Below are positions 1-7,418 of a stretch of DNA of 24,000 nt, piece after piece. Origin of the DNA: Heliophilum fasciatum (lineage in GTDB: Bacteria; Bacillota; Desulfitobacteriia; Heliobacteriales; Heliobacteriaceae); the NCBI RefSeq assembly GCF_004341395.1, contig NZ_SLXT01000001.1:111748-135747 (forward strand), in the 5' to 3' direction. The position numbers were made by a program, and so were the translations under genes. The first letter of the stretch is position 1, and each line of letters begins with the position of its first letter. The notes below the pieces were generated by a model. It searched no databases. It was not told where the DNA came from and was given only the letters and a program-made list of their open reading frames with translations.

Positions 1-248
1 TACTCAATCTCTCTTTTGATCTCCAGGCTGGCTACCTCATGACGGAGACAAGCGATTTCTTGATAATCCATCGTATCAAGAATGTGTCGGGCCACTTTCT
101 CTGCTTCGATAATTCGTTTAAAATCAGATCGGGCCTGAAAGAAATTCTTTAATTTATCACCAAGCTGCCAGACTCGATTGCGTAAATATTTTGCCGCTCC
201 GTAACCGTTTTGAAAATGGTCTAATAATCGCTGATTGATATTCTCCAT
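1..248 (-). CDS. hypothetical protein, N-terminal 82 codons (gene runs off the window start)
   Basis: Absent from the ORF track because it is truncated by the window edge. ATG at 248..246 has GAGGAGGG (261..254) 5 nt upstream. The frame is open to position 1 (MENINQRLLDHFQNGYGAAKYLRNRVWQLGDKLKNFF...). No family recognised. Confidence 0.5.
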   Translation of the reverse strand, partial: MENINQRLLDHFQNGYGAAKYLRNRVWQLGDKLKNFFQARSDFKRIIEAEKVARHILDTMDYQEIACLRHEVASLEIKREIE

Positions 249-433
249 GCAAACCCTCCTCATGAAAGCAACGGTACTGATTATTGTGGTTCCCCAACAA
301 GCGGCACTTTTTGTGTTCATTAATCTATGATGCCGTTGTCGGGTTGATACCGTGTACTTCATTTTTCTGGGTAGCAGTGCACAAAAGACAACGAAGATAA
401 GGTGAAAAACAGATAATAACGAGGAGGGTACGA

Positions 434-1867
434 ATGCGTATCAATCACAATATACCGGCAATGAATACCTATCTCTATCAGTCCAATAATACCGCCAAAG
501 CGACCAAAGTCATGGAAAAACTGTCTTCCGGCATGCGCATCAACGGCGCGTCCGATGATGCCGCCGGTTTAGCTGTGTCGGAAAAAATGCGCTCGCAAAT
601 CCGCGGCTTACGCCAAGCGGATCGGAACGCCTTAGACGGGATTTCCATGATCCAAACGGCCGAAGGCGGCCTTGCTCAGATCCAAGCATCATTGCAACGA
701 GTGCGTGAACTTTGCGTACAAGCGGCTAATGATACCTATAACCTGAGTGACCGGCAGGCTGTTCAAGAAGAAATCGATCAAATCATCAACGGGATTACTA
801 CGACCGTGAACACCACCGAATATAATAAGACCAAATTATTGCGCCCGCCGATCATCGAAGCCTCCACCGGCAACGGCAAAGCCGATATTGTCTTTGTCGT
901 CGATAATACAGGCAGCATGGCCGGAACCCAGACCAATGTGGCCAACAACCTCGGTGCATTCATCAACAGTGTTACCGGCAAAGGTGTTACTGAACTGCGC
1001 ATGGGCGTCCTGGAGTATACCGATTTTACGTATGACATCAAACAGTTTTCCAGCAGTCCCTGGACCGGCAACGCCACCGATATTCAAGATGCCTTACTTA
1101 AATTGGCTGCGACAAACTCGGGAGGCATTGAAAATGCCATGACCGCCCTGGAACTCGTCGCGAATCAATACAGCTTTCACGAAAATACCAACGGTGCCAT
1201 TACGAAGCATGTTGTGCTGGTCACCAATGAGAATGCCGATGATGAAGGTAAATTATCGGGTACATTAGCGCTCTTGCAATCCAAAGGAATTCGCGTTCAC
1301 GGAGTCTATGACAAAAATTTTTATGAAGGCACGGCCGACCTCGATACCCTCACCCAAGCTACCGGCGGAAAATCAGTCAATTTATCGAGCCCTTCCTGGG
1401 GGACGGAACTGATTGATGTGATCGGGGCATCGATCGGTTCCGACGCAACACCGATCGAATCTGATGAAATGCCCGTCATTACACTGCAAATCGGGGCGAA
1501 TCAAGGACAGACCTTTACGCTTCCCTTATTCGATTCAAGACCGGAAAAGCTGGGCCTCACCGGCCTTTCCGTAGCTACTCACCAATCCTGTCAAGAGGCC
1601 CTCGTCAAAACCGATGAAGCATTAAAAACCATCGCCTATCGACGGGCGCTCTACGGTGCTTATCAAAACCGCTTGGAGTTTGCCGGCAACATCACCGGCA
1701 GTTATCAGATCAACATTACCTCGGCTGAATCACGGATCCGCGATACCGATATGGCCCTAGCCATGGCCGATTACACCCGGACGAATATCATCGATCAGGC
1801 GGCAACGGCCATGTTGTCCCAGGCCAATCAATTGCCCCAGGGGATTTTACAACTGTTAAAGGCGTAA
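434..1867 (+). CDS. fliC: flagellin with a vWA-like domain replacing the central variable region
   Basis: GAGGAGGG lies 5 nt before the ATG. The N-terminus (MRINHN...GMRINGASDDAAGLAVSEKMRSQIRGL...QTAEGGL) and C-terminus (LQIGANQGQ...YGAYQNRLE...LSQANQLPQGILQLLKA) are canonical flagellin D0/D1. Residues ~148-335 start with DIVFVVDNTGSM (DxTxS MIDAS-like), followed by NSGGIENAMTAL and HVVLVTNENADD. Confidence 0.9.
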   Translation: MRINHNIPAMNTYLYQSNNTAKATKVMEKLSSGMRINGASDDAAGLAVSEKMRSQIRGLRQADRNALDGISMIQTAEGGLAQIQASLQRVRELCVQAANDTYNLSDRQAVQEEIDQIINGITTTVNTTEYNKTKLLRPPIIEASTGNGKADIVFVVDNTGSMAGTQTNVANNLGAFINSVTGKGVTELRMGVLEYTDFTYDIKQFSSSPWTGNATDIQDALLKLAATNSGGIENAMTALELVANQYSFHENTNGAITKHVVLVTNENADDEGKLSGTLALLQSKGIRVHGVYDKNFYEGTADLDTLTQATGGKSVNLSSPSWGTELIDVIGASIGSDATPIESDEMPVITLQIGANQGQTFTLPLFDSRPEKLGLTGLSVATHQSCQEALVKTDEALKTIAYRRALYGAYQNRLEFAGNITGSYQINITSAESRIRDTDMALAMADYTRTNIIDQAATAMLSQANQLPQGILQLLKA

Positions 1868-1879
1868 CCATAAAAAAAT

Positions 1880-1926
1880 ACCGCCAAAGGAAGTCACTCA
1901 CTGCAACTTCCCGGCGGTTTTTTCTT
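1880..1926. terminator. bidirectional rho-independent terminator
   Basis: ACCGCC-aaa-GGAAGT / ACTTCC-c-GGCGGT hairpin (1880..1918). It is followed by TTTTTTC on the plus strand and preceded by an A7 run, which gives a U-run on the minus strand. Confidence 0.85.
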
Positions 1927-2074
1927 TACCCATCAATACACGTCCTGCCGCACAAAATGCCAGAACGCCAGCGCCAACGCAACCGCGCCGCAGTTCAAAA
2001 TCAATACCTTTGATAATCTCTTTGGTGCCAATAACCTTACGCAGACCTTGAACCGCCAGTGTGATATCACTCAT
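1898..2074 (-). pseudogene. 58-codon remnant resembling the N-terminus of an ABC-transporter ATPase
   Basis: The ATG at 2074..2072 overlaps the SGNH stop (CATGAGTGA) and has GGAGG upstream. The product is MSDITLAVQGLRKVIGTKEIIKGIDFELRRG..., which reads like the strand that precedes a Walker A. The Walker A is degenerate (GRVLMGKEKT) and the frame stops inside the flagellin terminator loop. It is below the ORF-track size cutoff. Confidence 0.35.
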
Positions 2075-2909
2075 GGAAAGCCTCCGATTCCAGAATCAAG
2101 GGAACAAGCCGATCGGCCATCCGTTGATAGCCGGCGGCATTGGGATGAAAGGCATCCAGCGACAAGAATTGATCGGCCTTGAGTTGAAACAAATCATAAA
2201 TCGGCACAAATACGGTCTTGGGGAACTGCGCCGCCGTCTCCGCCGTCATGGCATTCCAATTCCGGACAACCGCTGAAGTGGCCATACCGTCCGCTTGCTG
2301 ACTGTAAGGATTGTAAATGCCCAGCAAACAGATCGTCGCTTCGCTGTTAAGCTTACGCAGATCCGCTAAGATGCCCGTCAGGTTACCGGTATATTCCTTG
2401 GTGAGCGCTTGGATCATGGCCGGATTCATACTGGCCTGCGTCTGCCCACTGCGATTAAGATCATTGCCGCCGATGGTCATCAAGATCACCTGGGCACTTT
2501 TAATCTGCCGCTGCACTTCGCTTTGCTTAATCTGTGCCGCCAGTTGCTCCGATCGTTGTCCGCTGATGCTGAGATTGTAGGCCGTCACTTTTTGTTTTGT
2601 TTTTTCCTGAAGGCGTTCCACGGTGTAGCCCATATAGCCTTTACCGTTCGGATCACCAACGCCCCGGGTCAAGGAGTCGCCAAGGCCCAGCACGATAATG
2701 CCATCGTTAGTCACCGGCATGGCAGAACTCTCTCCTGTACCCAAGGTAGGCTTGTCCGCACCAACCCGTGATGAGCCCGTCGATGAATCACTGACTTGCG
2801 GCTGCGGTGAAAAAACATTGCGGTACAAGGTCATGCCCAGGCCGCTGATCCACAATAACCCGGCAATCGCTGAAAGAATCACAAAAATCGTTACCCCTTT
2901 GGATCGCAT
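2067..2909 (-). CDS. membrane-anchored SGNH/GDSL family hydrolase
   Basis: GDSL block (VLGLGDSLTRG), GGND block (TIGGNDL) and DxxH block (DAFHPN) are all present. There is an N-terminal TM helix and a Ser/Thr/Pro-rich linker. I prefer the ATG at 2909 (AAGGAGGG 7 nt upstream) over the track's TTG at 2939. Confidence 0.85.
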   Translation of the reverse strand: MRSKGVTIFVILSAIAGLLWISGLGMTLYRNVFSPQPQVSDSSTGSSRVGADKPTLGTGESSAMPVTNDGIIVLGLGDSLTRGVGDPNGKGYMGYTVERLQEKTKQKVTAYNLSISGQRSEQLAAQIKQSEVQRQIKSAQVILMTIGGNDLNRSGQTQASMNPAMIQALTKEYTGNLTGILADLRKLNSEATICLLGIYNPYSQQADGMATSAVVRNWNAMTAETAAQFPKTVFVPIYDLFQLKADQFLSLDAFHPNAAGYQRMADRLVPLILESEAFHE

Positions 2910-3200
2910 CCAAATTCCCTCCTTAAGAAAGTGATTCAATTGATGAGAAAGTGATCATCGATGCAAAGAGCCCCTGGACTCCGGTCAGAGTTCCAAGGGC
3001 CGCAACACATCTAGAATCTTGAATGCTACTATTCATACTCTCATGGTATCAACGGGGCTTCATCCTTGTCAATGTTCACGTTGATACCAACTGAACCATC
3101 GATGCCATTGGTACACTTGTACAATCGAAGTGTTCCGAGCCATCGGATCAAAAAAGCCCCGGCAATCATACCGAGGCTTCCATCGATCGCTATAAGCATC

Positions 3201-3524
3201 CTACCGGAAAAGCTGCTTGAACTCACCCTTGAAGATTTTGAAGTTGAGCACCATGTGGGCAATCACCGGTAATACGATGCCGAAGCCCAGCAAAATATGC
3301 AGTCCCTTGAGCAGCTTACCGGACATGCCTAAGAACGTCCACCCTTGTACTGCGGCCGGACCGTGGGGTGCCACTAGTAAACCTAATCCCGTTACCGTGA
3401 CCACCATGCCGAAAAGAGCCAGCATCATGGAAATAATCGCTTTGGTTTTGCCATTGGATACCGCCTTAGCTTGTGTTGCCCGCTCGTTGAAACCTGCGGT
3501 CATTTGATTATTCATCGTACTCAT
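3201..3524 (-). CDS. small His-containing membrane protein, paralog A (tentatively DUF4405-like)
   Basis: Start MSTMNNQ with a GGGAGG RBS, matching the start of paralog B. It has a TM helix plus the motif LHILLGFGIVLPVIAHMVLNFK. By eye it is about 75% identical to the 4332..4664 product. Confidence 0.7.
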   Translation of the reverse strand: MSTMNNQMTAGFNERATQAKAVSNGKTKAIISMMLALFGMVVTVTGLGLLVAPHGPAAVQGWTFLGMSGKLLKGLHILLGFGIVLPVIAHMVLNFKIFKGEFKQLFR

Positions 3525-3567
3525 CGTGATAGCCTCCCGAATCATTTTGATTTCTTTCGATGGCTTT

Positions 3568-3600
3568 ACTTTACACCGGAAATCTGAAAATCCCCTGAAA
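3568..3600 (-). promoter_or_regulatory. candidate activator-dependent promoter of paralog A
   Basis: On the minus strand: CTTTCAG-GGGA-TTTTCAG, with an 11-nt repeat period. TAAAGT (3573..3568) lies 10 nt downstream. There is no TTGACA-like -35. The layout is the same in copy B. Confidence 0.45.
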
Positions 3601-3658
3601 GACTATGCATCTTTTGAATTTTTCTGCTTGCGTTGCATGATCGCTGGGTTAAAAGCTT

Positions 3659-3667
3659 TGCTATACT
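3659..3667 (+). promoter_or_regulatory. candidate extended -10 promoter for the GNAT gene
   Basis: TGCTATACT (TGn plus TATACT) lies 36 nt upstream of the TTG start. No good -35 is present. Confidence 0.35.
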
Positions 3668-3702
3668 GAGAAGGTACAAACCACACAAAAGGGTGTGTTT
3701 TT

Positions 3703-4194
3703 TTGATTACCATTGAAGCCGTCACTTCCACATCACAACTGGAACAAATCGGGGAACTCTTTCGTGAATACCAAATTTCTCTGGGCATTGACTTATGCTT
3801 TCAGGATTTTGAGCGCGAATTGGCCAACCTTCCCGGCAAGTATGCACCGCCGCAAGGGCGGCTTTATCTGGCGTTGTGCGACGGAATGCCCGCCGGCTCG
3901 ATCGCTTTACGTCCCCACCAAGATGATCAATGTGAGATGAAGCGCCTTTATGTGCGTCCGGCTTTTCGGGGCCGGCAGATCGCCCGGTTGCTGACCCGGC
4001 AAATCATTGCCGATGCTCAAGCGATCGGTTACCGGCAAATGGTTCTGGATACCTTGTCGACGATGACAGCAGCCTGTGCGCTTTATCAATCCTTAGGTTT
4101 TCAACCGATTCCACCGTACTGTTTTAATCCGCTCGCTCATGTTTGCTATCTGGGGCTAGACTTGACCCTGCAAGATAAGGAGTCTCGGCAATAA
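3703..4194 (+). CDS. GNAT family N-acetyltransferase
   Basis: Acetyl-CoA motif A is present: MKRLYVRPAFRGRQIARLLTRQII...GYRQMVLDT. The ~160 aa size fits the family. The start is TTG. Confidence 0.85.
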   Translation: MITIEAVTSTSQLEQIGELFREYQISLGIDLCFQDFERELANLPGKYAPPQGRLYLALCDGMPAGSIALRPHQDDQCEMKRLYVRPAFRGRQIARLLTRQIIADAQAIGYRQMVLDTLSTMTAACALYQSLGFQPIPPYCFNPLAHVCYLGLDLTLQDKESRQ

Positions 4195-4224
4195 GGCCAT
4201 ACAAAAGCGAAAGCAAAAAAAAGA

Positions 4225-4262
4225 AACCGACCAGCGACCCTGCTGACCGGTTCCTCTTTTTT
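4225..4262. terminator. bidirectional terminator between convergent genes
   Basis: AACCG-ac-CAGC / GCTG-ac-CGGTT hairpin, followed by CCTCTTTTTT. An A8 run precedes it. Confidence 0.6.
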
Positions 4263-4331
4263 ATTAATTACATACCGCTGTTTTTACTGCCAAACATGAA
4301 CTGCCTGCACAACCGGCAGCACGCTCATCCC

Positions 4332-4664
4332 TTACCGAAAAAGCTGTTTACACTCACCCATGAACATTTTGAAGTTGAGCACCATGTGCGCCATCACCGG
4401 CAACACCATCCCAAAGCCGAGCCAGATGTGTAAGTCTTTCATCACTCGGCCACTCATCCCCAGGAAAGTCCAGCCCTGAGCTGCTGCCGGTCCGTGCGGG
4501 GCCGCCATCAAACCCAAACCGGTTACGGTGACGATGATACCAAAAAGAGCCAGCATCATCGAAATAATCGCTTTGGTTTTCCCGGTCGATCCAGCTTTTG
4601 CACTTGTCGCTTTGGCTGCGAGACCGTTTAATTCTACCGTTATTTGATTGTTCATCGTACTCAT
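4332..4664 (-). CDS. small His-containing membrane protein, paralog B (tentatively DUF4405-like)
   Basis: Product MSTMNNQITVELNG...LHIWLGFGMVLPVMAHMVLNFK. A GGGAGG RBS precedes it. It is a paralog of 3201..3524. Confidence 0.75.
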   Translation of the reverse strand: MSTMNNQITVELNGLAAKATSAKAGSTGKTKAIISMMLALFGIIVTVTGLGLMAAPHGPAAAQGWTFLGMSGRVMKDLHIWLGFGMVLPVMAHMVLNFKMFMGECKQLFR

Positions 4665-4709
4665 GTTAATAGCCTCCCAGATATTTTTTTGATTTCTCCC
4701 TGTGCTTTT

Positions 4710-4742
4710 ACTATACAGTGAGAAACTGAAAATACTCTGAAA
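4710..4742 (-). promoter_or_regulatory. candidate activator-dependent promoter of paralog B
   Basis: On the minus strand: CTTTCAG-AGTA-TTTTCAG, then 10 nt, then TATAGT (4715..4710). Spacing is identical to copy A. Confidence 0.45.
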
Positions 4743-4757
4743 GGCTATCTTTTTTCG

Positions 4758-5285
4758 CTACATTATTGAATTTTGCTGGAGGTACTGCAAAAGTTCTTGC
4801 CCGTGCTGCTGTTCTTCCTTCTGAATATGGTTAAAAGCCTGCCGCACTTGGGGATTGTTGAATTGGAAAATCGCTGAGTCATAGGAAGAAGAAATATACT
4901 GTTCCGTCACCAGCATGTCCCTGCACAACTGCAGATCATCCTCGTTTGCCTGTGAAGATGAACCGGCTACGGACGATAGCAGACCCTGGGACGCCATATT
5001 TTGTTGCTGCATGTTTGGGGACTGCTGCATGCTTTGCTGTTGCTGACCTTGTTGCTGACCTAGCTGCTGACCCTGCTGCTGGTTCATCGCCGGTACTTGA
5101 CCGCTCAAGATCTGATTGACCGTATTTAAGTGCTGCTGTTCGTGCTGGGCATGCTTTTGAAACATCTGCTTTAACACTGGGTCCTGCGCCTGTTGGGCAT
5201 AACTCTTGTACTTATAAACACAAAGCTGTTCATGAGATTGCTGATCTTCCAGTAAGCCCCGCTCCCGTTGGGTAAGTTGCAGCAT
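4758..5285 (-). CDS. CotF-like spore coat protein with a Gln-rich linker
   Basis: The ATG at 5285 has GGGAGG 7 nt upstream. There are two Coat-F-like helical halves (LLEDQQSHEQLCVYKYKSYAQQAQDPVLKQMF...; LCRDMLVTEQYISSSYDSAIFQFNNPQVRQAF...EEQQHGQEL). They are joined by QQQGQQLGQQQGQQQQSMQQSPNMQQQN (nt 4998..5084). Confidence 0.7.
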   Translation of the reverse strand: MLQLTQRERGLLEDQQSHEQLCVYKYKSYAQQAQDPVLKQMFQKHAQHEQQHLNTVNQILSGQVPAMNQQQGQQLGQQQGQQQQSMQQSPNMQQQNMASQGLLSSVAGSSSQANEDDLQLCRDMLVTEQYISSSYDSAIFQFNNPQVRQAFNHIQKEEQQHGQELLQYLQQNSIM

Positions 5286-5313
5286 GAACCATACCTCCCA
5301 AAACGTTTTAAAG

Positions 5314-7332
5314 CTAGTTTGGGAACGGAGACGCTGCTTTATACCCCCCAGCGGAGCAGGAAGACAATCCATTGATTACGGGCAGACAAATGATCAACGT
5401 CGTACCTTGACCTACCTTCGATTCCACATGAATCGAACCGCCGAGCAGTTCCACTTCCCGCTGAACCGCTGACAAGCCCACCCCTCGTCCGGAAATGATG
5501 CTAATATTGTCTTTGGTAGAAAAGCGATCACGAAAGATCAGCGCAATCACTTCCTGATCGGATAAGCATGCTGCCTCTTTTTCGCTGATCACTCCCTTGT
5601 TCAGCGCTTTGGCGCGGATCAACGCCGGATCGATTCCGTGCCCGTCATCGTGAATCCGCATCGTCAAAAAGTTGTTCGGGGCCGAGCGGATCTCGATGGC
5701 CACCGTACCGCTTTCCGGCTTACCGGCAGCCAAACGCGTATGACTGTCTTCAATCCCATGATCGACAATGTTACGAAAAATATGGTTCAAGGATTTACAA
5801 AAATCTTTGTAAGCACCTTGCTCGATAAAAATATCATCACCGGTAATTACCAGTGGCTGCAAAATTTTATCAAGGCGTATGGCCAGATTCTGTACATATT
5901 CATCATAGGATGCGACAATTTGTTTTAAATTTTTGCAACGCAGCCGTTTGATCAATGGCAACAGTTGATCCTGTTGTTCCGCTGAAAAGGCTTCTTGTAC
6001 ACGTCGTTCAATGTCGAGAATCTGTTCCGCCGTCACACAAAAAGATTGGCTCTGCCAGAAGAAGTCTTCGCCAAGGATATCGGTAATCGTTTCCATATCA
6101 CGGGCCAAAAAGGACTGATAATCAATGGTGCTGATCAAGTGTTCGATATCGCGCTGGGATATTTGATCAAATGATTCACACATGGCGGCCAGCCGGTCTT
6201 CCAGTTCATGAAGATGAAGAGCCGTATTCCGCAAGTACATCTGCGAGAAATCCCCTTTAAAAGTATGGACCGTACGAAAAATCACCGAAAGCTTCTCGGT
6301 CACCGGACAAGGGCTGGCCAGAATTTCATACACACTTCGGGTGAAAAACTCCCGCAGCCCTTCCATGCTGTTGATCATCTCGCTTTGGTTGGAAAGTGCC
6401 TTCAGCACCAACTGCAAGTTGTTTTTCTCGGCCTCCATCTTTTGTTCCAGCTCTTTTTTTTCCGTTACGTTGGTCATGATGGTCATGATCATCTTTTTTT
6501 CCGCTTGGGTAATCAGTTTGTACTCACAATGTAAAAATACATTTTTAATTTTGATTTCCTCAGGCAGTAAAGAGAGATAGACCTTCCTTTCCAGTTCCTT
6601 CTGGGTATTGAAAATACTTTGCAAAACCACCGCCAGGATTTGCTTTTGATCATTGGCGATATAATCGTTCAATACATCGACAAAATTCAGCCCGCCGATT
6701 TCTTGACCGAAAAGGCTGACACATTCCTTGCTGTACTCGGGGGAAATGATTAAGTCTTCCCCAAACAACAAAAAGCCTTGGCCGGCATTATCTAACAAGC
6801 TCTTGATCGTTTCTTTTTGTTTATGTAACAAGCGAAGTTGTTTTTCTCGCCGGCGGGCTAACTCCATGGTAAAGTTGCGGATGCTGATCACGCCCAGGTA
6901 GCGGGTTTGATCGTTGATGATGATAAAGTCGTATAAATTCTCCTGCGGGCGATTCATGGCCAAGGTACCCATATGGGTCAAATCCATAAAGTGCTGCAGA
7001 ATCAGCGGCGTCTTCTCCATCATTAAGCTTACTGGACGATTCAGATATAGTTCCCGTCCAAAAGGGCGGCCAATCTTACGGTAAAAATAATTGCGCATGA
7101 TTAAACCGACAGCACGATCATCATGCAAGACAACGATACCTTCCAGTGACTCCTGTGCTTCAAAGATCTGCTGCACCACCGAACCTTCAACGGTAACACT
7201 CACGGTGGGAACTTGTTGGATCAACTGATGAACGGTTACATCATACTGCTCATCATGAGACGAACGATCATGCTTGGCCAGCAAATTCAGATGTCGATAA
7301 GGATTGCTGAGGCTTTCTTCCCGTAATGCCAT
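5314..7332 (-). CDS. CheA-like histidine kinase: CBS pair, PAS-like, HPt(P1), P3-like, P4 (HATPase); no P2 or P5
   Basis: HPt motif FRTVHTFKGDFS. CheA-type ATP-binding region HIFRNIVDHGIED...GKPESGTV...DDGHGID...SGRGVGLSAVQ...GGSI...GQGTT. The protein ends 21 aa after the G2/LP region, so there is no CheW-like domain. N-terminal CBS-like repeats are present (GIVVLHDDRAVGLI, FIIINDQTRYLGVISI). The start is either ATG 7332 (TAGGAG, 6-nt spacing) or ATG 7338. Confidence 0.85.
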   Translation of the reverse strand: MALREESLSNPYRHLNLLAKHDRSSHDEQYDVTVHQLIQQVPTVSVTVEGSVVQQIFEAQESLEGIVVLHDDRAVGLIMRNYFYRKIGRPFGRELYLNRPVSLMMEKTPLILQHFMDLTHMGTLAMNRPQENLYDFIIINDQTRYLGVISIRNFTMELARRREKQLRLLHKQKETIKSLLDNAGQGFLLFGEDLIISPEYSKECVSLFGQEIGGLNFVDVLNDYIANDQKQILAVVLQSIFNTQKELERKVYLSLLPEEIKIKNVFLHCEYKLITQAEKKMIMTIMTNVTEKKELEQKMEAEKNNLQLVLKALSNQSEMINSMEGLREFFTRSVYEILASPCPVTEKLSVIFRTVHTFKGDFSQMYLRNTALHLHELEDRLAAMCESFDQISQRDIEHLISTIDYQSFLARDMETITDILGEDFFWQSQSFCVTAEQILDIERRVQEAFSAEQQDQLLPLIKRLRCKNLKQIVASYDEYVQNLAIRLDKILQPLVITGDDIFIEQGAYKDFCKSLNHIFRNIVDHGIEDSHTRLAAGKPESGTVAIEIRSAPNNFLTMRIHDDGHGIDPALIRAKALNKGVISEKEAACLSDQEVIALIFRDRFSTKDNISIISGRGVGLSAVQREVELLGGSIHVESKVGQGTTLIICLPVINGLSSCSAGGYKAASPFPN

Positions 7333-7418
7333 GGTCATCTCCTACTGTCGCCCGGAATCCTCCGGCTTCTGCTTGTATGGGCTTTCTGCTGTTGATTCGA
7401 TCGACCTTTTGCTCTGAC

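Larger units (their letters stand above)
3201..3607 (-). repeat. duplicated segment, copy A (gene plus 5' UTR plus promoter)
   Basis: Nucleotide similarity to 4331..4749 runs from the stop codon through ATAGCCTCCC (the RBS) to CTGAAAGRCTAT upstream of the promoter. Confidence 0.8.
4331..4749 (-). repeat. duplicated segment, copy B
   Basis: See copy A (3201..3607). Confidence 0.8.

Noticed and set aside
300-433. Looked for a sigma-28 (SigD/FliA) promoter, TAAA-N15-GCCGATAA, upstream of the flagellin gene. The candidate -10 elements were GCCGTTGT and GTTGATAC.
   Set aside because: Neither candidate has a TAAA at the required 15-16 nt spacing. The best alignments match only 5-6 of 8 positions in the -10. 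I also found no convincing sigma-A promoter, so no promoter is reported.
3041-3262. A 73-aa minus ORF, or its 52-aa ATG-initiated part starting 1 nt after the paralog-A stop, as a possible coupled small membrane peptide.
   Set aside because: There is no usable RBS. The equivalent position after paralog B encodes an unrelated 14-aa frame, so the ORF is not conserved between the duplicated cassettes.
3584-3596. The exact 13-mer CTGAAAATCCCCT is shared with 15159..15171, in the gap between the methyltransferase and corrinoid-protein genes.
   Set aside because: Several exact 13-mer coincidences are expected by chance among all position pairs and both orientations in 24 kb. The strands are also functionally mismatched, because the 3.6-kb copy acts on the minus strand.
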